Assembly: GCA_947258795.1 (NCBI GenBank)
Contig: CAMYJU010000008.1
Location: 133,122 to 197,121 of the forward strand
DNA: 64,000 nt
Source: an uncultured Gammaproteobacteria bacterium
Lineage (GTDB): Bacteria; Pseudomonadota; Gammaproteobacteria; DRJJ01
Reading direction: 5' to 3'
Below, one piece after another: positions 9,223 through 20,625 of this stretch. Position 1 is the first letter of the stretch. Each line of letters starts with the position of its first letter. Under the pieces are notes generated by a model. The model had not been told where the DNA came from. It saw nothing but the letters and a program-made list of their open reading frames with translations, and did no database searches. The position numbers were made by a program, and so were the translations under genes.

Positions 9223-9299
9223 ATGGTGGCTATGGGTGGACTTGAACCACCGACATCAGCATTATGAATGCTGCGCTCTAACCGACTGAGCTACATAGC
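9223..9299 (-). tRNA. tRNA-Met (anticodon CAU), elongator-like
   Basis: The reverse complement reads GGCTATGTAGCTCAGTCGGTTAGAGCGCAGCATTCATAATGCTGATGTCGGTGGTTCAAGTCCACCCATAGCCACCA. It folds as a cloverleaf with anticodon loop TTCATAA, GTTCAAG in the T-loop and an encoded CCA. There is no GGG/CCC initiator anticodon stem. A lysidine-modified Ile2 identity cannot be excluded. Confidence 0.9.
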
Positions 9300-9406
9300 C
9301 ATGTTTGAACCGAACAGGCTGCCTGCTTGCCTGATCGAGCGGGGCATTTTGCGTTTTTACAGCCTAAAAGTCAATATCGCGGCCAGGCCGGACCAGTTTG
9401 CAAGCC

Positions 9407-10498
9407 CTACACATTGAAACGGAAATGCATCACGTCGCCGTCCTGGACGACATAGTCCTTGCCTTCCAGGCGCCATTTGCCAGCCTCCTTCGCACCGGCC
9501 TCGCCGTTGTATTTTACAAAGTCGTCATAGGCGACCACTTCGGCACGGATAAAGCCCTTCTCGAAATCGGTGTGAATCACCCCGGCCGCCTGTGGCGCAG
9601 TCGCTCCGGTCCTGACCGTCCAAGCACGGACCTCCTGTACCCCGGCGGTGAAATAGGTCTGCAGACCCAGCAGGCGATAGGCGGCATGGATTACCCGGTC
9701 CAGGCCTGGCTCATCCAGTCCCAGCTCGGCCAGAAAATCGGCCTTGTCTGCCTGGTCCAGCTCGGCGATCTCGGCCTCGATGGCTGCACACACCGGCACC
9801 ACCACCGCACCTTCTTCATCTGCAATTTTACTGACCGCATCGAGGTAAGGATTGTTGTCAATGCCGTCTTCAGCGACATTGGCGATGTACATGGTCGGCT
9901 TGATGGTGAGCAGGTGCAGGTCGTGCAGCATAAGCAACTGGTCTTCATCCAGCTCCATGGTGCGTACCGGTTTGACCTGATCCAGCTGTTCCTTGACCTG
10001 CAACAATAGATCACGTTTCTTGATGATGTCCTTGTCGCCGCTCCTGGCCGTTTTCTCGGCCTTGAGCAGGTTTTTCTCGACCGTCTCCAGGTCCGCCAGG
10101 CACAGCTCGGTTGCGATTACATCGATGTCCGCGGCCGGGTCGATCTTGTTGGCGACATGGATGACATCGTCGTTTTCGAAACAGCGCACCACCTGCGCCA
10201 CCGCATCGGTTTCGCGGATGTTGGCCAGAAACTTATTACCGAGGCCTTCACCCTTCGATGCACCGGCGACCAGCCCGGCGATATCGACGAATTCCATCGT
10301 CGCAGCCAGTACCCGCTCGGGTTTGACGATATCGACCAGCTTGTCCTGACGCGTGTCAGGCACCGGCACCACACCAACATTCGGATCAATAGTACAGAAC
10401 GGGTAGTTTTCAGCCTGTATGCCCGCCTCGGTCAGCGCGTTGAACAGTGTAGATTTACCGACATTGGGCAGACCGACTATGCCACATTTAATCGCCAT
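9407..10498 (-). CDS. ychF: redox-regulated ribosome-binding ATPase YchF
   Basis: 363 aa starting [23 protein letters not shown] (G1 motif), with a TGS-like C-terminus. It sits in the conserved pth-ychF context. Confidence 0.95.
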   Translation of the reverse strand: MAIKCGIVGLPNVGKSTLFNALTEAGIQAENYPFCTIDPNVGVVPVPDTRQDKLVDIVKPERVLAATMEFVDIAGLVAGASKGEGLGNKFLANIRETDAVAQVVRCFENDDVIHVANKIDPAADIDVIATELCLADLETVEKNLLKAEKTARSGDKDIIKKRDLLLQVKEQLDQVKPVRTMELDEDQLLMLHDLHLLTIKPTMYIANVAEDGIDNNPYLDAVSKIADEEGAVVVPVCAAIEAEIAELDQADKADFLAELGLDEPGLDRVIHAAYRLLGLQTYFTAGVQEVRAWTVRTGATAPQAAGVIHTDFEKGFIRAEVVAYDDFVKYNGEAGAKEAGKWRLEGKDYVVQDGDVMHFRFNV

Positions 10499-10540
10499 AT
10501 GTATGATCCTGCACAGACCGGCGGCAGCCGTCTGTCGTTG

Positions 10541-11122
10541 TTATTTCGTATGTAAGCTATTCATGGCCTTTTCCATGCCATGCTCGATCAGTTCCGGCAG
10601 CGTCTTGCTGGCCTGCCAGATGGCATCATCGATTTGCTGACGCTCGGTGCGGGATGCGCGCCCCAGCACATAATCATGTACCTGGTCCTTGTGACCGGGA
10701 TGACCGATTCCGATACGCAAACGCGCAAAATCCTTGCCCAGATGCTGGATCAGGTCACGCAGGCCATTATGACCACCATGACCGCCACCGCGTTTGAGCC
10801 TGGCGCTACCGGGTGGCAGGTCCAGTTCGTCGTGCACCACGAGTACGGATTCGATCGGGATCTTATAATACCGGGCCAGGGCCGCCACGGCCTGACCGCT
10901 GCGATTCATGAATGTCATCGGCTTGAGCAGCCACACATCCTGGCCGTTGACGACCAGTTTACAGACCTCGCCCTGGAACTTTTGATCGGAACGAAACTGG
11001 CCCTGCCAGGCAGCGGCCAGTTCGTCCGCAAACCAGAAGCCGGCATTGTGTCGGGTTTCTGCGTATTCTGCCCCGGGATTGCCAAGACCGGCTATCAGCT
11101 GGACAGGCTGCTCCTTCGCCAC
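10541..11122 (-). CDS. pth: peptidyl-tRNA hydrolase
   Basis: 193 aa containing LIAGLGNPGAEYAETRHNAGF and GHGGHNGLRD motifs. Confidence 0.95.
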   Translation of the reverse strand: MAKEQPVQLIAGLGNPGAEYAETRHNAGFWFADELAAAWQGQFRSDQKFQGEVCKLVVNGQDVWLLKPMTFMNRSGQAVAALARYYKIPIESVLVVHDELDLPPGSARLKRGGGHGGHNGLRDLIQHLGKDFARLRIGIGHPGHKDQVHDYVLGRASRTERQQIDDAIWQASKTLPELIEHGMEKAMNSLHTK

Positions 11123-11158
11123 CAGGACCGGCTCAGCTCGCTAGCGATCGAGAGAGGC

Positions 11159-11803
11159 TCAGGAGCCCTCTTCCTCGCCGGCAGCCTCTTCGCCACCTTC
11201 GGGTGCAGCCGTTTCTTCGGCTTCAGCGGTACCACGAGGTTTGTGGATACTGACCACGGCCTGATCGCCATGTGCCAGGCTGACCAGCGACACACCGGCA
11301 GGCAGTGCCACTTCAGACATATGGATCGCATGTCCTGCCTCCAGGTCGGCCAGATCCACCTCGATGTACTCAGGCAGGTCCTTGGCCTTACAGGAGACTT
11401 CCAGGTCGGACATTAGATGCGACACCAGGCCACCCTGCTGTTTGACACCCGTGGCAGTGTCTTCGTTGATGAAATGCAGTGGCACATGCATCTGGATAGT
11501 CTCTTTTTCACTGACACGCAGAAAATCGATATGCATAATCATATCCCTGGCCGGATGGCGCTGGATATCACGCATAATCGCCTTTTGCGCCTTGCCCCCG
11601 ATCTTCAGGGTCAGGATATGTGAATAAAAGGCCTCGTGCTGCAGGTGCAGACCCATTTCAATCTGATCCAGCGTCAGTGACTGTGGATCCTTGCCGCCAC
11701 CATAGACGATAGCAGGCAGTTTGCCTTCCTGACGCAGGCGGCGGCTCGCACCCTTCCCTGAGTCGGAACGCGGTTCAGCATTCACTTCAAAGTTTTCACT
11801 CAT
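11159..11803 (-). CDS. rplY: 50S ribosomal protein L25 / general stress protein Ctc
   Basis: 214 aa with an L25/Ctc-type N-domain ([15 protein letters not shown]) and an acidic C-terminal tail. It lies between prs and pth as in many gammaproteobacteria. Confidence 0.9.
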   Translation of the reverse strand: MSENFEVNAEPRSDSGKGASRRLRQEGKLPAIVYGGGKDPQSLTLDQIEMGLHLQHEAFYSHILTLKIGGKAQKAIMRDIQRHPARDMIMHIDFLRVSEKETIQMHVPLHFINEDTATGVKQQGGLVSHLMSDLEVSCKAKDLPEYIEVDLADLEAGHAIHMSEVALPAGVSLVSLAHGDQAVVSIHKPRGTAEAEETAAPEGGEEAAGEEEGS

Positions 11804-11948
11804 TTCGGTTCTCCGGTTAATCCGGCGGCACCCGCGACCAGGTGACCACCATAAAAGGACGGGCGATTATAGCAGAAAGATCAGGCAGGTAGAAGGCTGA
11901 TATATAAGGCCAGGGAATCCGGATCCGGCCCGGGTAGCGCCAGACCGC

Positions 11949-12923
11949 TTAATCCATATAGAGTTCGCTGACCGATTCTTCGTTGTGCAGCCGGCGCATG
12001 GTCTCAGCCAGCATCTCGGCCACGCTCAGCTGGCGAATCTTGCCGCAGGCGCGTGCCTGTTCCCGTAGCGGGATGGTATCGGTCACCACCAGTTCATCGA
12101 GGTCCGAATTGCTGATATTATCGATCGCCGGACCCGACAGCACCGGGTGGGTGATATAGGCGACGACCCGGCTGGCACCCTGCTCTTTAAGCGCCCGGGC
12201 GGCCTGACACAGCGTACCGGCGGTATCGACCAGGTCGTCGATCAGCACACAGCTGCGATCCTTGACGTCACCGATGATGTTCATGACCTTGGCCTCGTTC
12301 GGGCGCGGGCGACGCTTGTCGATAATGGCCAGATCGGCATCGTCCAGACGCTTGGCCAGCGCCCTGGCCCTGACCACGCCACCAACATCCGGTGACACCA
12401 CCATCAGGTTGTCGTATTTCTGACGCCAGATATCGCCAAGCAAAATCGGCGAGGCGTAGACATTGTCGACCGGGATACCGAAAAAACCCTGGATCTGGTC
12501 CGCATGCAGGTCCACGGTCAGTACCTTGTCGGCACCAACGGTACCGATCATGTTTGCCACCACCTTGGCGGTGATCGGTACGCGCGCGGAACGCGGCCGG
12601 CGGTCCTGACGGGCATAACCGAAATACGGGATCACCGTGGTGATGCGCATGGCCGAGGCACGGCGCAACGCGTCCACCATGACCAGCAGCTCGATCAGGT
12701 TGTCGTTGGTCGGCTGACAGGTAGGCTGGACGATATAGACATCCTTGCCGCGCACGTTTTCCATGATTTCGACCATGGTCTCACCGTCGCTGAACTGCTC
12801 AACCACGGCACGGCCCAGTTGCATGTGCAGGTGATCGGCGATTGCCCGTGACAATTGCGGATTGGCGTTACCGGTAAAAACCACCATCTGGCTGTTATCA
12901 CCACGATTTCTGTTAATTACCAC
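11949..12923 (-). CDS. prs: ribose-phosphate pyrophosphokinase
   Basis: Contains [13 protein letters not shown] and the PRPP-binding loop [13 protein letters not shown]. The true start may be the internal [12 protein letters not shown] at 12887. Confidence 0.95.
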   Translation of the reverse strand: MVINRNRGDNSQMVVFTGNANPQLSRAIADHLHMQLGRAVVEQFSDGETMVEIMENVRGKDVYIVQPTCQPTNDNLIELLVMVDALRRASAMRITTVIPYFGYARQDRRPRSARVPITAKVVANMIGTVGADKVLTVDLHADQIQGFFGIPVDNVYASPILLGDIWRQKYDNLMVVSPDVGGVVRARALAKRLDDADLAIIDKRRPRPNEAKVMNIIGDVKDRSCVLIDDLVDTAGTLCQAARALKEQGASRVVAYITHPVLSGPAIDNISNSDLDELVVTDTIPLREQARACGKIRQLSVAEMLAETMRRLHNEESVSELYMD

Positions 12924-13095
12924 GCCACTGTCCTCAATCTTAATGCGAGAAATCTTTATTGAGTCCTGTTAGTACAACCCGCCCGGGTATGGACAACAGG
13001 ACCGTTTTTCTGGTCTGCCTAACCTTATCACGTCACAGGCTGTCTGTGAGTGTAACGCTTGACGACACACGTCCTGGCGGACGTGGGCCAGTAAT

Positions 13096-13170
13096 TGGTT
13101 GGGATGCCAGGATTCGAACCTGGGAATGCGGGGATCAAAACCCCGTGCCTTACCACTTGGCGACATCCCA
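13096..13170 (-). tRNA. tRNA-Gln (anticodon UUG)
   Basis: The reverse complement reads TGGGATGTCGCCAAGTGGTAAGGCACGGGGTTTTGATCCCCGCATTCCCAGGTTCGAATCCTGGCATCCCAACCA. The anticodon stem is CGGGG/CCCCG with loop TTTTGAT. It sits between ispE and prs as in Pseudomonas. Confidence 0.9.
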
Positions 13171-13175
13171 ATGAC

Positions 13176-14060
13176 TCAGTCTGCCTTGCCGGTGCTGTTA
13201 CCGAGGCATTCCAGCAAGGGTGACCGGTTCATGGTCCTGATCACGTGCGAACGCCAGTTGCCAGGCAGCTGTTGCTGTATTGTACAGGCGCTGGCACGAT
13301 CATTAAACAGTGCAAACACACTGGCACCGGTGCCGGACATCATTACCGAGCGTACGCTATCCATGTCACTCGTCAGGTCCCGCAGCCGCCCCAGCGCACT
13401 GGCAACCTCTGGATAACGCTGCGTCACCACCACTTCACAATCATTGTGACCATGACCCTGCTCGAAATCGGCTATTCTGATTGGCGTGGTGTTACGTGTC
13501 AATTCCGGCGCTGAAAAAACCGCCGCAGTCGACACCTGGACATCCGGGATTACCAGCAGACACCAGGGACAATCCAGTTCCAGCGGCTGCAATCTGTTGC
13601 CAGTGCCTTCGGCCCAGGCCGCTTGTCCATATATGAACACCGGTACGTCCGCGCCCAGGCTGTTACCCAGTTCGGACAGGCGCGGTATTGACCAGTCCAG
13701 ATCCCAGAGCCGGTTCAACGCGACCAGTGTAGTCGCCGCATCCGAACTGCCACCACCTAGCCCGCCACCGGCCGGAATCTGCTTACGAATATGGATATCA
13801 ACCCCGCGCTGATAATCGGACTGCTGTCGTAGCAGCCGCGCTGCCCTGACTACCAGGTCCTGTTCAGCAGGCCAGTCGCCGGTGTGACCGTGTAACTCGA
13901 TAGCCTGGTCGTTGCGCGGACTGAAGCGCAGCTGGTCGGCCAGGTCGATAAACTGGAACACCGTCTGTAACTCGTGGTAACCATCGGCGCGTCGACCGAG
14001 GATATGCAGAAAGCGGTTGATCTTTGCTACTGCCGGCCAGATCTGTTCCTCAACTAGCAT
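13176..14060 (-). CDS. ispE: 4-diphosphocytidyl-2-C-methyl-D-erythritol kinase
   Basis: 294 aa with a GHMP-kinase motif IPAGGGLGGGSSDAAT, in the conserved lolB-ispE-tRNA-Gln-prs order. Confidence 0.92.
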   Translation of the reverse strand: MLVEEQIWPAVAKINRFLHILGRRADGYHELQTVFQFIDLADQLRFSPRNDQAIELHGHTGDWPAEQDLVVRAARLLRQQSDYQRGVDIHIRKQIPAGGGLGGGSSDAATTLVALNRLWDLDWSIPRLSELGNSLGADVPVFIYGQAAWAEGTGNRLQPLELDCPWCLLVIPDVQVSTAAVFSAPELTRNTTPIRIADFEQGHGHNDCEVVVTQRYPEVASALGRLRDLTSDMDSVRSVMMSGTGASVFALFNDRASACTIQQQLPGNWRSHVIRTMNRSPLLECLGNSTGKAD

Positions 14061-14197
14061 GAGTCACCTGAAATATAGTATCTGGGCTTATTTCCATTAC
14101 CAGGCGCCTGACACAAAGCTTTCCCGCAGCAATTATTTTGGTATCTCAGCATATGTATAGTTTTGAAAGGCATGGTTTTTGGCTATGTGATAACTGA

Positions 14198-14225
14198 AGT
14201 AATCCCTTCTCCCTGAGGGAGAAGG
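14198..14225. repeat. REP-like palindromic repeat unit (copy 1)
   Basis: The sequence is agtaatcccttctccctgagggagaagg. It contains a perfect 9-bp stem ccttctccc/gggagaagg (14205-14225) with a 3-nt loop. It is near-identical to 21578-21605 (1 mismatch, in the loop). Confidence 0.7.
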
Positions 14226-14263
14226 AGAAATCAGCATAGAAACCTAATTGCCTGGAGTACAAG

Positions 14264-14878
14264 CTAAATCTGCCATGTGGTTATCACCAGCCGCAAGCGG
14301 TAACCGGGACGCTTCAGGGTCAACTTTTCGGGCAGCTCGTAATCACTATACTGACCATAGCGCTGATAGCTGACCTGCCACTCGCCGCTTTGCATTTCCA
14401 GCAAGCGGCCTTGCTGATCCAGGCTGACTCGGGTCTGCGCATCCGGGGCGGGTACCCCAACCAGCCAGTAGCGCAGTTGTTCGACCGGGATGCTCCAGCC
14501 GTACATGGCGTGCAACAGGTCCTCTGCACGCGGGGCGAACAACGGGCTTTGGCCGCTATCGAACACCAGGGTCACGCCATCCGGGCCGCCCTTCAGTTCC
14601 GCGCCGCCCATACCCAGCGGTGCGATGATACGTAACAGATAGGTTTGCCGGTCCTGCTGCCAGTCCAGCGAGGCCTGCCAGCCCTCGTCTTCGACACTGA
14701 CCGCCAGCCGGCCGCTGAAATGCCAGCGCTCCAGTGCCTGCAGACGTGCCTGACGCAGGCTCCAGTCCGATGGGGTGGTGACAATGGTTTTCGGGGCCGG
14801 CGTACAGGCGCCCAGTAACAATGAGATGAAGCAGCAGACCAGCCAGGACCGGCGCACTGATACTAGCCGGGGCATCAC
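14264..14878 (-). CDS. lolB: outer-membrane lipoprotein LolB
   Basis: 204 aa with the lipobox LLLGAC. It sits between the TPR protein and ispE, and its start overlaps the TPR gene stop. Confidence 0.85.
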   Translation of the reverse strand: MMPRLVSVRRSWLVCCFISLLLGACTPAPKTIVTTPSDWSLRQARLQALERWHFSGRLAVSVEDEGWQASLDWQQDRQTYLLRIIAPLGMGGAELKGGPDGVTLVFDSGQSPLFAPRAEDLLHAMYGWSIPVEQLRYWLVGVPAPDAQTRVSLDQQGRLLEMQSGEWQVSYQRYGQYSDYELPEKLTLKRPGYRLRLVITTWQI

Positions 14879-16620
14879 TGAATCAGTCTTTGCTGCACTT
14901 CTTTGAGGTACGGGCTGTCCGGATCGCGCATCGCGGCCTCTTTCAACAAACTGCGGGTCTCTTCCTTTTTACCCTGCGCCCACAGGACTTCGGCCAGATG
15001 GGACGCGATCTCGGCATCCTTGTTCAACGCATAGGCACGACGCAAATGCTGTTCGGCCAAATCAAGATTACCCAACCGATAATTAATCCAGCCCATGCTG
15101 TCGATGACCGCCGGCTCATCAGGTAGCAGCTTCAGTGCCTGTTCGATATAACCCAGCGCCTCCTCATAGCGGGTACTATGATTACTGAGCATATAACCCA
15201 GTGCATTCAGCGCATGGCCGTTTTGCGGTTCCACCTCGAGCAGAATACGCAAATCGGCCTCGGCCATTTTCATATCACCCATTTTTTCAGCGACCAGGGA
15301 ACGCGCGTACAACAAATCCACCTGTTTGGGCTGTTTCTCCAGCGCCGCACTGACCACCGACATCGCATCGGTATAACGGCCGGCGGTATTCAGGATATCC
15401 ACCTCGGCCAGATAAATCTGGATGGATAGCTCCGGATTATGCTTCAACAATTCGTACAGGAAACGGCGCGCCGCCTCGACATCACCCTTGCGACCGAGCA
15501 GGCTGGCTACCCGGAACTGGGCATCCAGTCCGCGTTCACCAGTCTGTACCTGTGTGTACCACTGGATGGCCTGGTCAAAATGATTGCGTTGCTCCGCGAT
15601 CCGGCCCAGATAGTAATGCGCATCATTGACGCGCGCCTTCAGTGACAACATGCGATGCAGAAAGGCCTCGCCTTTCTTCAGTCTGTCCACCTCGATCGCC
15701 AACAGGGCCGCCGCGTAGAGCAGATCAGCGTCATCGGGCTGTTTCTTGAGCAGGATTTCGAATTGCTTGACCGCCTCATCATACTTGCTGGCGAGTGCCA
15801 GCAGGCGAGCGTAACTGATGCGCAGGCGTCGGGACTCGCTATACTGCGCCAATACATCTTCCAGCACCTTGAGTGCCTGCTCCTGCTTGCCCTGTTGCAT
15901 CAGGATGCGCGCATACAGTTCCTGGTAGCTTTGTTCCTGCGGGCGTTTGGCCAGCGACCGCTGGATCGTCTGGTGGGCCAGATCCAGTTGCCCGGCCTTC
16001 AGCGCCAGGCGCGCGGTACCAAAATCCGCATTGGCACTCTCCGGATAGTGTTCCCGAACCTTAATCATTAGCGCGGTAGCCGCCTGCACATCCTTTTCCT
16101 GGCTGAGCAGACCGGATACCTGCAGGATCAAAGTCTCGCGCTGTTTTTCATCCGCCTCACTGATCAGACGACTGAGTTCATCTGTTGCCTTATCGATCTG
16201 CCCGGTACGTAAATACAGCAGCGCCAGGGACTGGCGCGCCCGGGATGCTCCAGGACTCAACTCCACCCAGCGTTGGGCCGCACGTAAGGCCATATCGTTA
16301 TCTTGTGCAAACAGGGCAACGCGCATCGCGCGTTCGGCCACCTCGCTGCTGTTGCCCAGCTGCGCCGCCAACAGGTACTCGGATGTGGCCAGGTCAACCT
16401 GCTTGTTTTTCAGCGCCAGCTCGCCGACCATCAGGTGATACAGAATCTGCCCGCGCTGGTCCTCCTCCGTACCTTTCATACTGCCCTGCAAACGCGCCAT
16501 TGCGGCCTCGTTTGCTGCATTCGGATTGCGCGGTACGGTCTGACAGGCAGTCGACAACAACACAGCCAGGCCGGCCGCTACCAGTACTGATTTTCTGACT
16601 ATCCTTACGCCCACAGACAT
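14875..16620 (-). CDS. tetratricopeptide-repeat lipoprotein (conserved partner upstream of lolB)
   Basis: 581 aa with a lipobox-like LLSTAC, then many 34-aa TPR-like repeats (A..Y..AL...P....A...LG). It is divergent from hemA as in Pseudomonas. Confidence 0.85.
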   Translation of the reverse strand: MSVGVRIVRKSVLVAAGLAVLLSTACQTVPRNPNAANEAAMARLQGSMKGTEEDQRGQILYHLMVGELALKNKQVDLATSEYLLAAQLGNSSEVAERAMRVALFAQDNDMALRAAQRWVELSPGASRARQSLALLYLRTGQIDKATDELSRLISEADEKQRETLILQVSGLLSQEKDVQAATALMIKVREHYPESANADFGTARLALKAGQLDLAHQTIQRSLAKRPQEQSYQELYARILMQQGKQEQALKVLEDVLAQYSESRRLRISYARLLALASKYDEAVKQFEILLKKQPDDADLLYAAALLAIEVDRLKKGEAFLHRMLSLKARVNDAHYYLGRIAEQRNHFDQAIQWYTQVQTGERGLDAQFRVASLLGRKGDVEAARRFLYELLKHNPELSIQIYLAEVDILNTAGRYTDAMSVVSAALEKQPKQVDLLYARSLVAEKMGDMKMAEADLRILLEVEPQNGHALNALGYMLSNHSTRYEEALGYIEQALKLLPDEPAVIDSMGWINYRLGNLDLAEQHLRRAYALNKDAEIASHLAEVLWAQGKKEETRSLLKEAAMRDPDSPYLKEVQQRLIQ

Positions 16621-16841
16621 TCCTTAATAGATTCGATCATGACCCCTGGTCTTTTTGATACCATATCACCAAATGGCGAGTTTGACCCTGTTGATTATGA
16701 TTTTCATACATTATTTCCATCCCGCAAGCTGATTATCAGGGCATTAACCGTATATTTGACCCCTTATACTAAGAATTGTTGTATTATTAGACCAGATTGC
16801 TCAACAATTCCTTTTATTTACGGTAGATTGCGTCCCTTCGC

Positions 16842-18101
16842 ATGTTACACACCATCGGTATCAATCACAAAACGGCCCCGGTCGACTTGCGCGAACGTCT
16901 GTCTTTTGCACCCGAGCAGATGGGTACAGCGCTGAAGGCCTGCTGTGACCTGCCTGGCATACATGAGGCCGCGATCCTGTCGACCTGCAACCGTACCGAG
17001 TTGTATTGCAATATGGAGTCGGACGCGGACCAGGCACTGGTGCAGTGGCTGGCTGATTATCATGGCCTGGAACCGGTTGATATCAAGCCGATCATCTACG
17101 CCCATCCGGACAGTGACATGATACGCCACATGATGCGCGTCGCTACCGGACTGGATTCGCTGGTGCTGGGTGAGCCGCAGATCCTCGGCCAGATGAAAGA
17201 CGCCTACCATCATGCCGACAAGGCCGGTACGCTGGGGCCACTGCTGAACCGCCTGTTTCAACATATCTTCACGGTCGCCAAGCAGGTCCGTACCGACACC
17301 TCGATCGGCGGCAGCCCGGTGTCGGTCGCGTTTGCCGCGGTACGCCTGGCCGGACAGATCTTCGGTCAGTGGCCGCAGCAGACCGCGTTGCTGATCGGCG
17401 CCGGGGAAACCATAGAACTGACCGCACGCCACCTGCATGAACAAGGTATCGGGCATATGATTATCGCCAACCGTACCGCGGAACGGGCGCATGAACTGGC
17501 CAACCAGTTTGACGCCTATGCGATCGGCCTGCCGGAAATCCCGGCCCACCTGGCCGATGCCGATATCATTATCAGTTCCACTGCCAGCCCGACCCCGGTG
17601 CTGAAATACGAACCAGTACGCAAGGCCCTGAAAGCCCGCAAACACAAGCCGATGTTCATGGTCGATATTGCCGTGCCACGTGATATCGAGACCGAAGTGG
17701 CCGGACTGGAAGATGTTTACCTGTACACCGTAGACGACCTGAAAGACGTGATCGAGGACAACATGCGGTCGCGTCGGGCCGCGGCACAGGAGGCCGAGGA
17801 GATTATCGATGTCCAGGTCACCCATTTCCTCGGCTGGCTGCGTTCCATGGATGCGATCAGTACCATCCGCGCGTTACGCAGTAATGCCGAACAGACCCGG
17901 GACGAGGTACTCGACAAGGCCCTGCAGCGCCTGGCCCAGGGAAAGCCGGCCGAAGAGGTGCTGCGATTCCTGTCCCATACCCTGACCAACAAACTCATCC
18001 ACCAGCCCAGTGCCAGCCTGCGTGAAGCCAGTTTTGAAGGCCGCCAGGAAATGATCAAGGCCGTACAGGAGCTGTACAAGCTGCCTTCAGACAAGGACTA
18101 G
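16842..18101 (+). CDS. hemA: glutamyl-tRNA reductase
   Basis: 419 aa starting [20 protein letters not shown], with the active-site STCNRTE and NADPH-binding LIGAGETIE. Confidence 0.95.
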   Translation: MLHTIGINHKTAPVDLRERLSFAPEQMGTALKACCDLPGIHEAAILSTCNRTELYCNMESDADQALVQWLADYHGLEPVDIKPIIYAHPDSDMIRHMMRVATGLDSLVLGEPQILGQMKDAYHHADKAGTLGPLLNRLFQHIFTVAKQVRTDTSIGGSPVSVAFAAVRLAGQIFGQWPQQTALLIGAGETIELTARHLHEQGIGHMIIANRTAERAHELANQFDAYAIGLPEIPAHLADADIIISSTASPTPVLKYEPVRKALKARKHKPMFMVDIAVPRDIETEVAGLEDVYLYTVDDLKDVIEDNMRSRRAAAQEAEEIIDVQVTHFLGWLRSMDAISTIRALRSNAEQTRDEVLDKALQRLAQGKPAEEVLRFLSHTLTNKLIHQPSASLREASFEGRQEMIKAVQELYKLPSDKD

Positions 18102-18133
18102 CCTGGCCGGCCGGCCGGCGGTACCCGCGTATT

Positions 18134-19225
18134 ATGAAAGAATCCATGCTAGAAAAACTGTCCGTGCTCAGCGATCGCCATGAGGAAATCGCCGGCCTGT
18201 TGTCCGACCCGGACGTGATCGCCCGGCAGGACCAGTTTCGCACGCTGTCGCAGGAATACGCACAACTGGAACCGCTGGTCAAAACCTGGTCTGACTATCA
18301 GAAAACCATGGAAGACCTGGACACCGCCCAGGCCATGCTCGCTGAAAATGACCCGGAACTGCGCGCCATGGCCCAGGAAGAGATTGAAGCGGCACGCGAA
18401 CAGCAAAAAGGCCTCGAGCAGGAACTGACCAAACTGTTACTGCCACGCGACCCGCATGATGACAATAATATCTACCTGGAGATTCGTGCCGGCACCGGTG
18501 GTGACGAAGCGGCAATCTTTGCCGGGGACCTGTTCAGAATGTACAGCCGCTATGCCGAGATGCAGAGCTGGCGCATGGAAGTACTCAGTGAAAATGAAGG
18601 TGAACACGGTGGCTATCGTGAGGTCATCTGTCGTGTGATTGGTAACGGTGCCTACTCGCGCCTGAAATTCGAATCCGGTGCCCACCGCGTACAGCGTGTA
18701 CCGGAAACCGAGTCACAGGGGCGCATTCATACCTCGGCCTGCACGGTCGCGATCCTGCCCGAGGTCGACGAGGTCGAGGCGGCCGATATCAATCCGGCCG
18801 ACCTGAAGGTGGATACCTACCGTGCCTCCGGCGCCGGTGGCCAGCATGTCAACAAGACCGATTCGGCCATCCGCCTGACCCATTTACCGACCGGTATTGT
18901 GGTCGAATGCCAGGATGAACGCTCCCAGCACAAGAACCGCGCGCGCGCGATGGCCCTGTTGCAGGCGCGTATCCTCGCCGCGGAACAGGAAAAACAGCAA
19001 CAGGAACAGGCCGCCGCGCGCAAATCACTGGTGGGCAGCGGCGATCGCTCGGAACGCATCCGTACCTATAACTTCCCACAGGGTCGTGTCACCGATCACC
19101 GTATCAACCTGACCCTGTACAAACTGGATGAAGTCATGGCCGGCAACCTGACCCTGGTGATCGAACCACTGAGTAATGAATACCAGGCGGAGCTGATGGC
19201 GGAAATGGGGGATACCCAGGGGTAA
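18134..19225 (+). CDS. prfA: peptide chain release factor 1
   Basis: 363 aa with the PAT-type recognition region (CTVAILPEV) and the GGQ motif ([14 protein letters not shown]). Confidence 0.95.
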   Translation: MKESMLEKLSVLSDRHEEIAGLLSDPDVIARQDQFRTLSQEYAQLEPLVKTWSDYQKTMEDLDTAQAMLAENDPELRAMAQEEIEAAREQQKGLEQELTKLLLPRDPHDDNNIYLEIRAGTGGDEAAIFAGDLFRMYSRYAEMQSWRMEVLSENEGEHGGYREVICRVIGNGAYSRLKFESGAHRVQRVPETESQGRIHTSACTVAILPEVDEVEAADINPADLKVDTYRASGAGGQHVNKTDSAIRLTHLPTGIVVECQDERSQHKNRARAMALLQARILAAEQEKQQQEQAAARKSLVGSGDRSERIRTYNFPQGRVTDHRINLTLYKLDEVMAGNLTLVIEPLSNEYQAELMAEMGDTQG

Positions 19226-19230
19226 GGTCA

Positions 19231-20112
19231 ATGCAGGCACACGCCAGTCAAGGAACCACCCTGCACGCCGCGCTCACGGCCGCCGTCAAACTGCTACAGC
19301 AGAGTGCCACAGACAGCGCACGTCTCGATGCCGAAATCCTGCTCGCCTGGGTCCTGAACAAACAGCGCGTCTATCTGCATACCTGGCCCGAACACATACT
19401 GACCACCGAGCAGGAACTGGCCTACCGTCGGCTGATCATCAAGCGTCAGCAAGGCGTACCCATAGCCTATCTGACCGGCCAGCGCGAATTCTGGTCGTTG
19501 TCCCTGACGGTAAACCCGGACACACTGATCCCGCGACCGGATACCGAAACCCTGGTCGAAATCGCATTAAACAAACTGCATGACAAACCGGGTCAGCGTA
19601 TCTGTGACCTGGGTACCGGTAGTGGTGCGATCGCGCTGGCCCTGGCCTCGGAGCGACCCGACTGTGAGGTGCTGGGCACCGATATCTCCACAGCCAGCCT
19701 GCAGGTGGCCGAACAGAATGCGCTGCATCTGGGGCTACGCAATATCCGCTTCCTGCACAGCGACTGGTTTGAGGCGCTGGCCACTCACCGCTTTGAGCTG
19801 ATTGTCAGCAATCCGCCCTATATAGCCGAGCAGGACCCGCACCTGTCCGAGGGCGACGTCGCGCATGAACCCCGACATGCGCTGAGCGCCGGCCCGCAAG
19901 GCATGGACGACCTGCAAGCGATCGGGGGACAGGCGCTGTCATTTCTGACCCCGAGTGGCTGGCTACTCATGGAACATGGTTACCAGCAGGCCGAAACAAC
20001 TTGCAACTTATTGATGGAAAAGGGTTATTGCAATATCCGTACATGGCAGGACGCCGCCGGGCTGCAACGCGTCAGCGGCGGACAGCGCCATTCTGACCCG
20101 GCTGATGAGTAA
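19231..20112 (+). CDS. prmC: release-factor glutamine N5-methyltransferase PrmC (HemK)
   Basis: 293 aa with SAM-binding DLGTGSGAIAL and the catalytic NPPY (VSNPPYI). It lies directly after prfA. Confidence 0.92.
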   Translation: MQAHASQGTTLHAALTAAVKLLQQSATDSARLDAEILLAWVLNKQRVYLHTWPEHILTTEQELAYRRLIIKRQQGVPIAYLTGQREFWSLSLTVNPDTLIPRPDTETLVEIALNKLHDKPGQRICDLGTGSGAIALALASERPDCEVLGTDISTASLQVAEQNALHLGLRNIRFLHSDWFEALATHRFELIVSNPPYIAEQDPHLSEGDVAHEPRHALSAGPQGMDDLQAIGGQALSFLTPSGWLLMEHGYQQAETTCNLLMEKGYCNIRTWQDAAGLQRVSGGQRHSDPADE

Positions 20113-20165
20113 ACTGCAGCCCAAATAACCCTTGAAGTTCCAAGTCATTCCGCTAGGATGGGCTT

Positions 20166-20576
20166 ATGGAACAGCCTGACACGGATACAACACGGTTTCG
20201 CGAAATTCATTTCAATCCGATGCACCCGGACCCGTCGCAGGCGCAAAGCGCCATACTGCTACTCAGCGATATCCATGGAATCACCCACCTGGATCTGGTC
20301 AACTCCCTGAAACTGCGCATTGGCTATAATCTGAAACACATCAACCTGCGCCATATCGAGCAGGCATTGATCGATGTCGGCTTTCATCTGGACAACAGCA
20401 TACTGGTCAAAATAAAACGCGCCCTGCACTACTACACGGAAGACGTACAGTGTGAAAATATGGGCTACCCGACCAAGGACAGCAACAGCACCAAGCAGGT
20501 GTTTATCAATCGCTATCAACGCCTGAAACACGGCTGTCGTGATGAGCGTCCCGATCACTGGCGGCGGTATTTGTAG
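20166..20576 (+). CDS. hypothetical protein
   Basis: 136-aa ORF with reasonable codon usage and no recognisable motif. Its Cys/His/Arg-rich C-terminus reads RLKHGCRDERPDHWRRYL. Confidence 0.5.
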   Translation: MEQPDTDTTRFREIHFNPMHPDPSQAQSAILLLSDIHGITHLDLVNSLKLRIGYNLKHINLRHIEQALIDVGFHLDNSILVKIKRALHYYTEDVQCENMGYPTKDSNSTKQVFINRYQRLKHGCRDERPDHWRRYL

Positions 20577-20625
20577 CTACATCCGCTATCGACCAGTTCA
20601 AAATTTCAACAGCATCGCCCATCAC

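Noticed and set aside
9223-9299. tRNA-Met as an integration hotspot explaining the ParA/S8 accessory block
   Set aside because: yaaA and a terminator lie between the tRNA and the block. I found no partial tRNA 3'-end duplication and no integrase.
20166-20576. Idea that the 136-aa hypothetical protein is the missing ubiquitin-like substrate of the MoeB/JAMM pair
   Set aside because: It has no C-terminal or internal GG processing motif and is too long for a ThiS/MoaD fold. It ends in a basic HWRRYL tail, so nothing in the sequence supports the idea.
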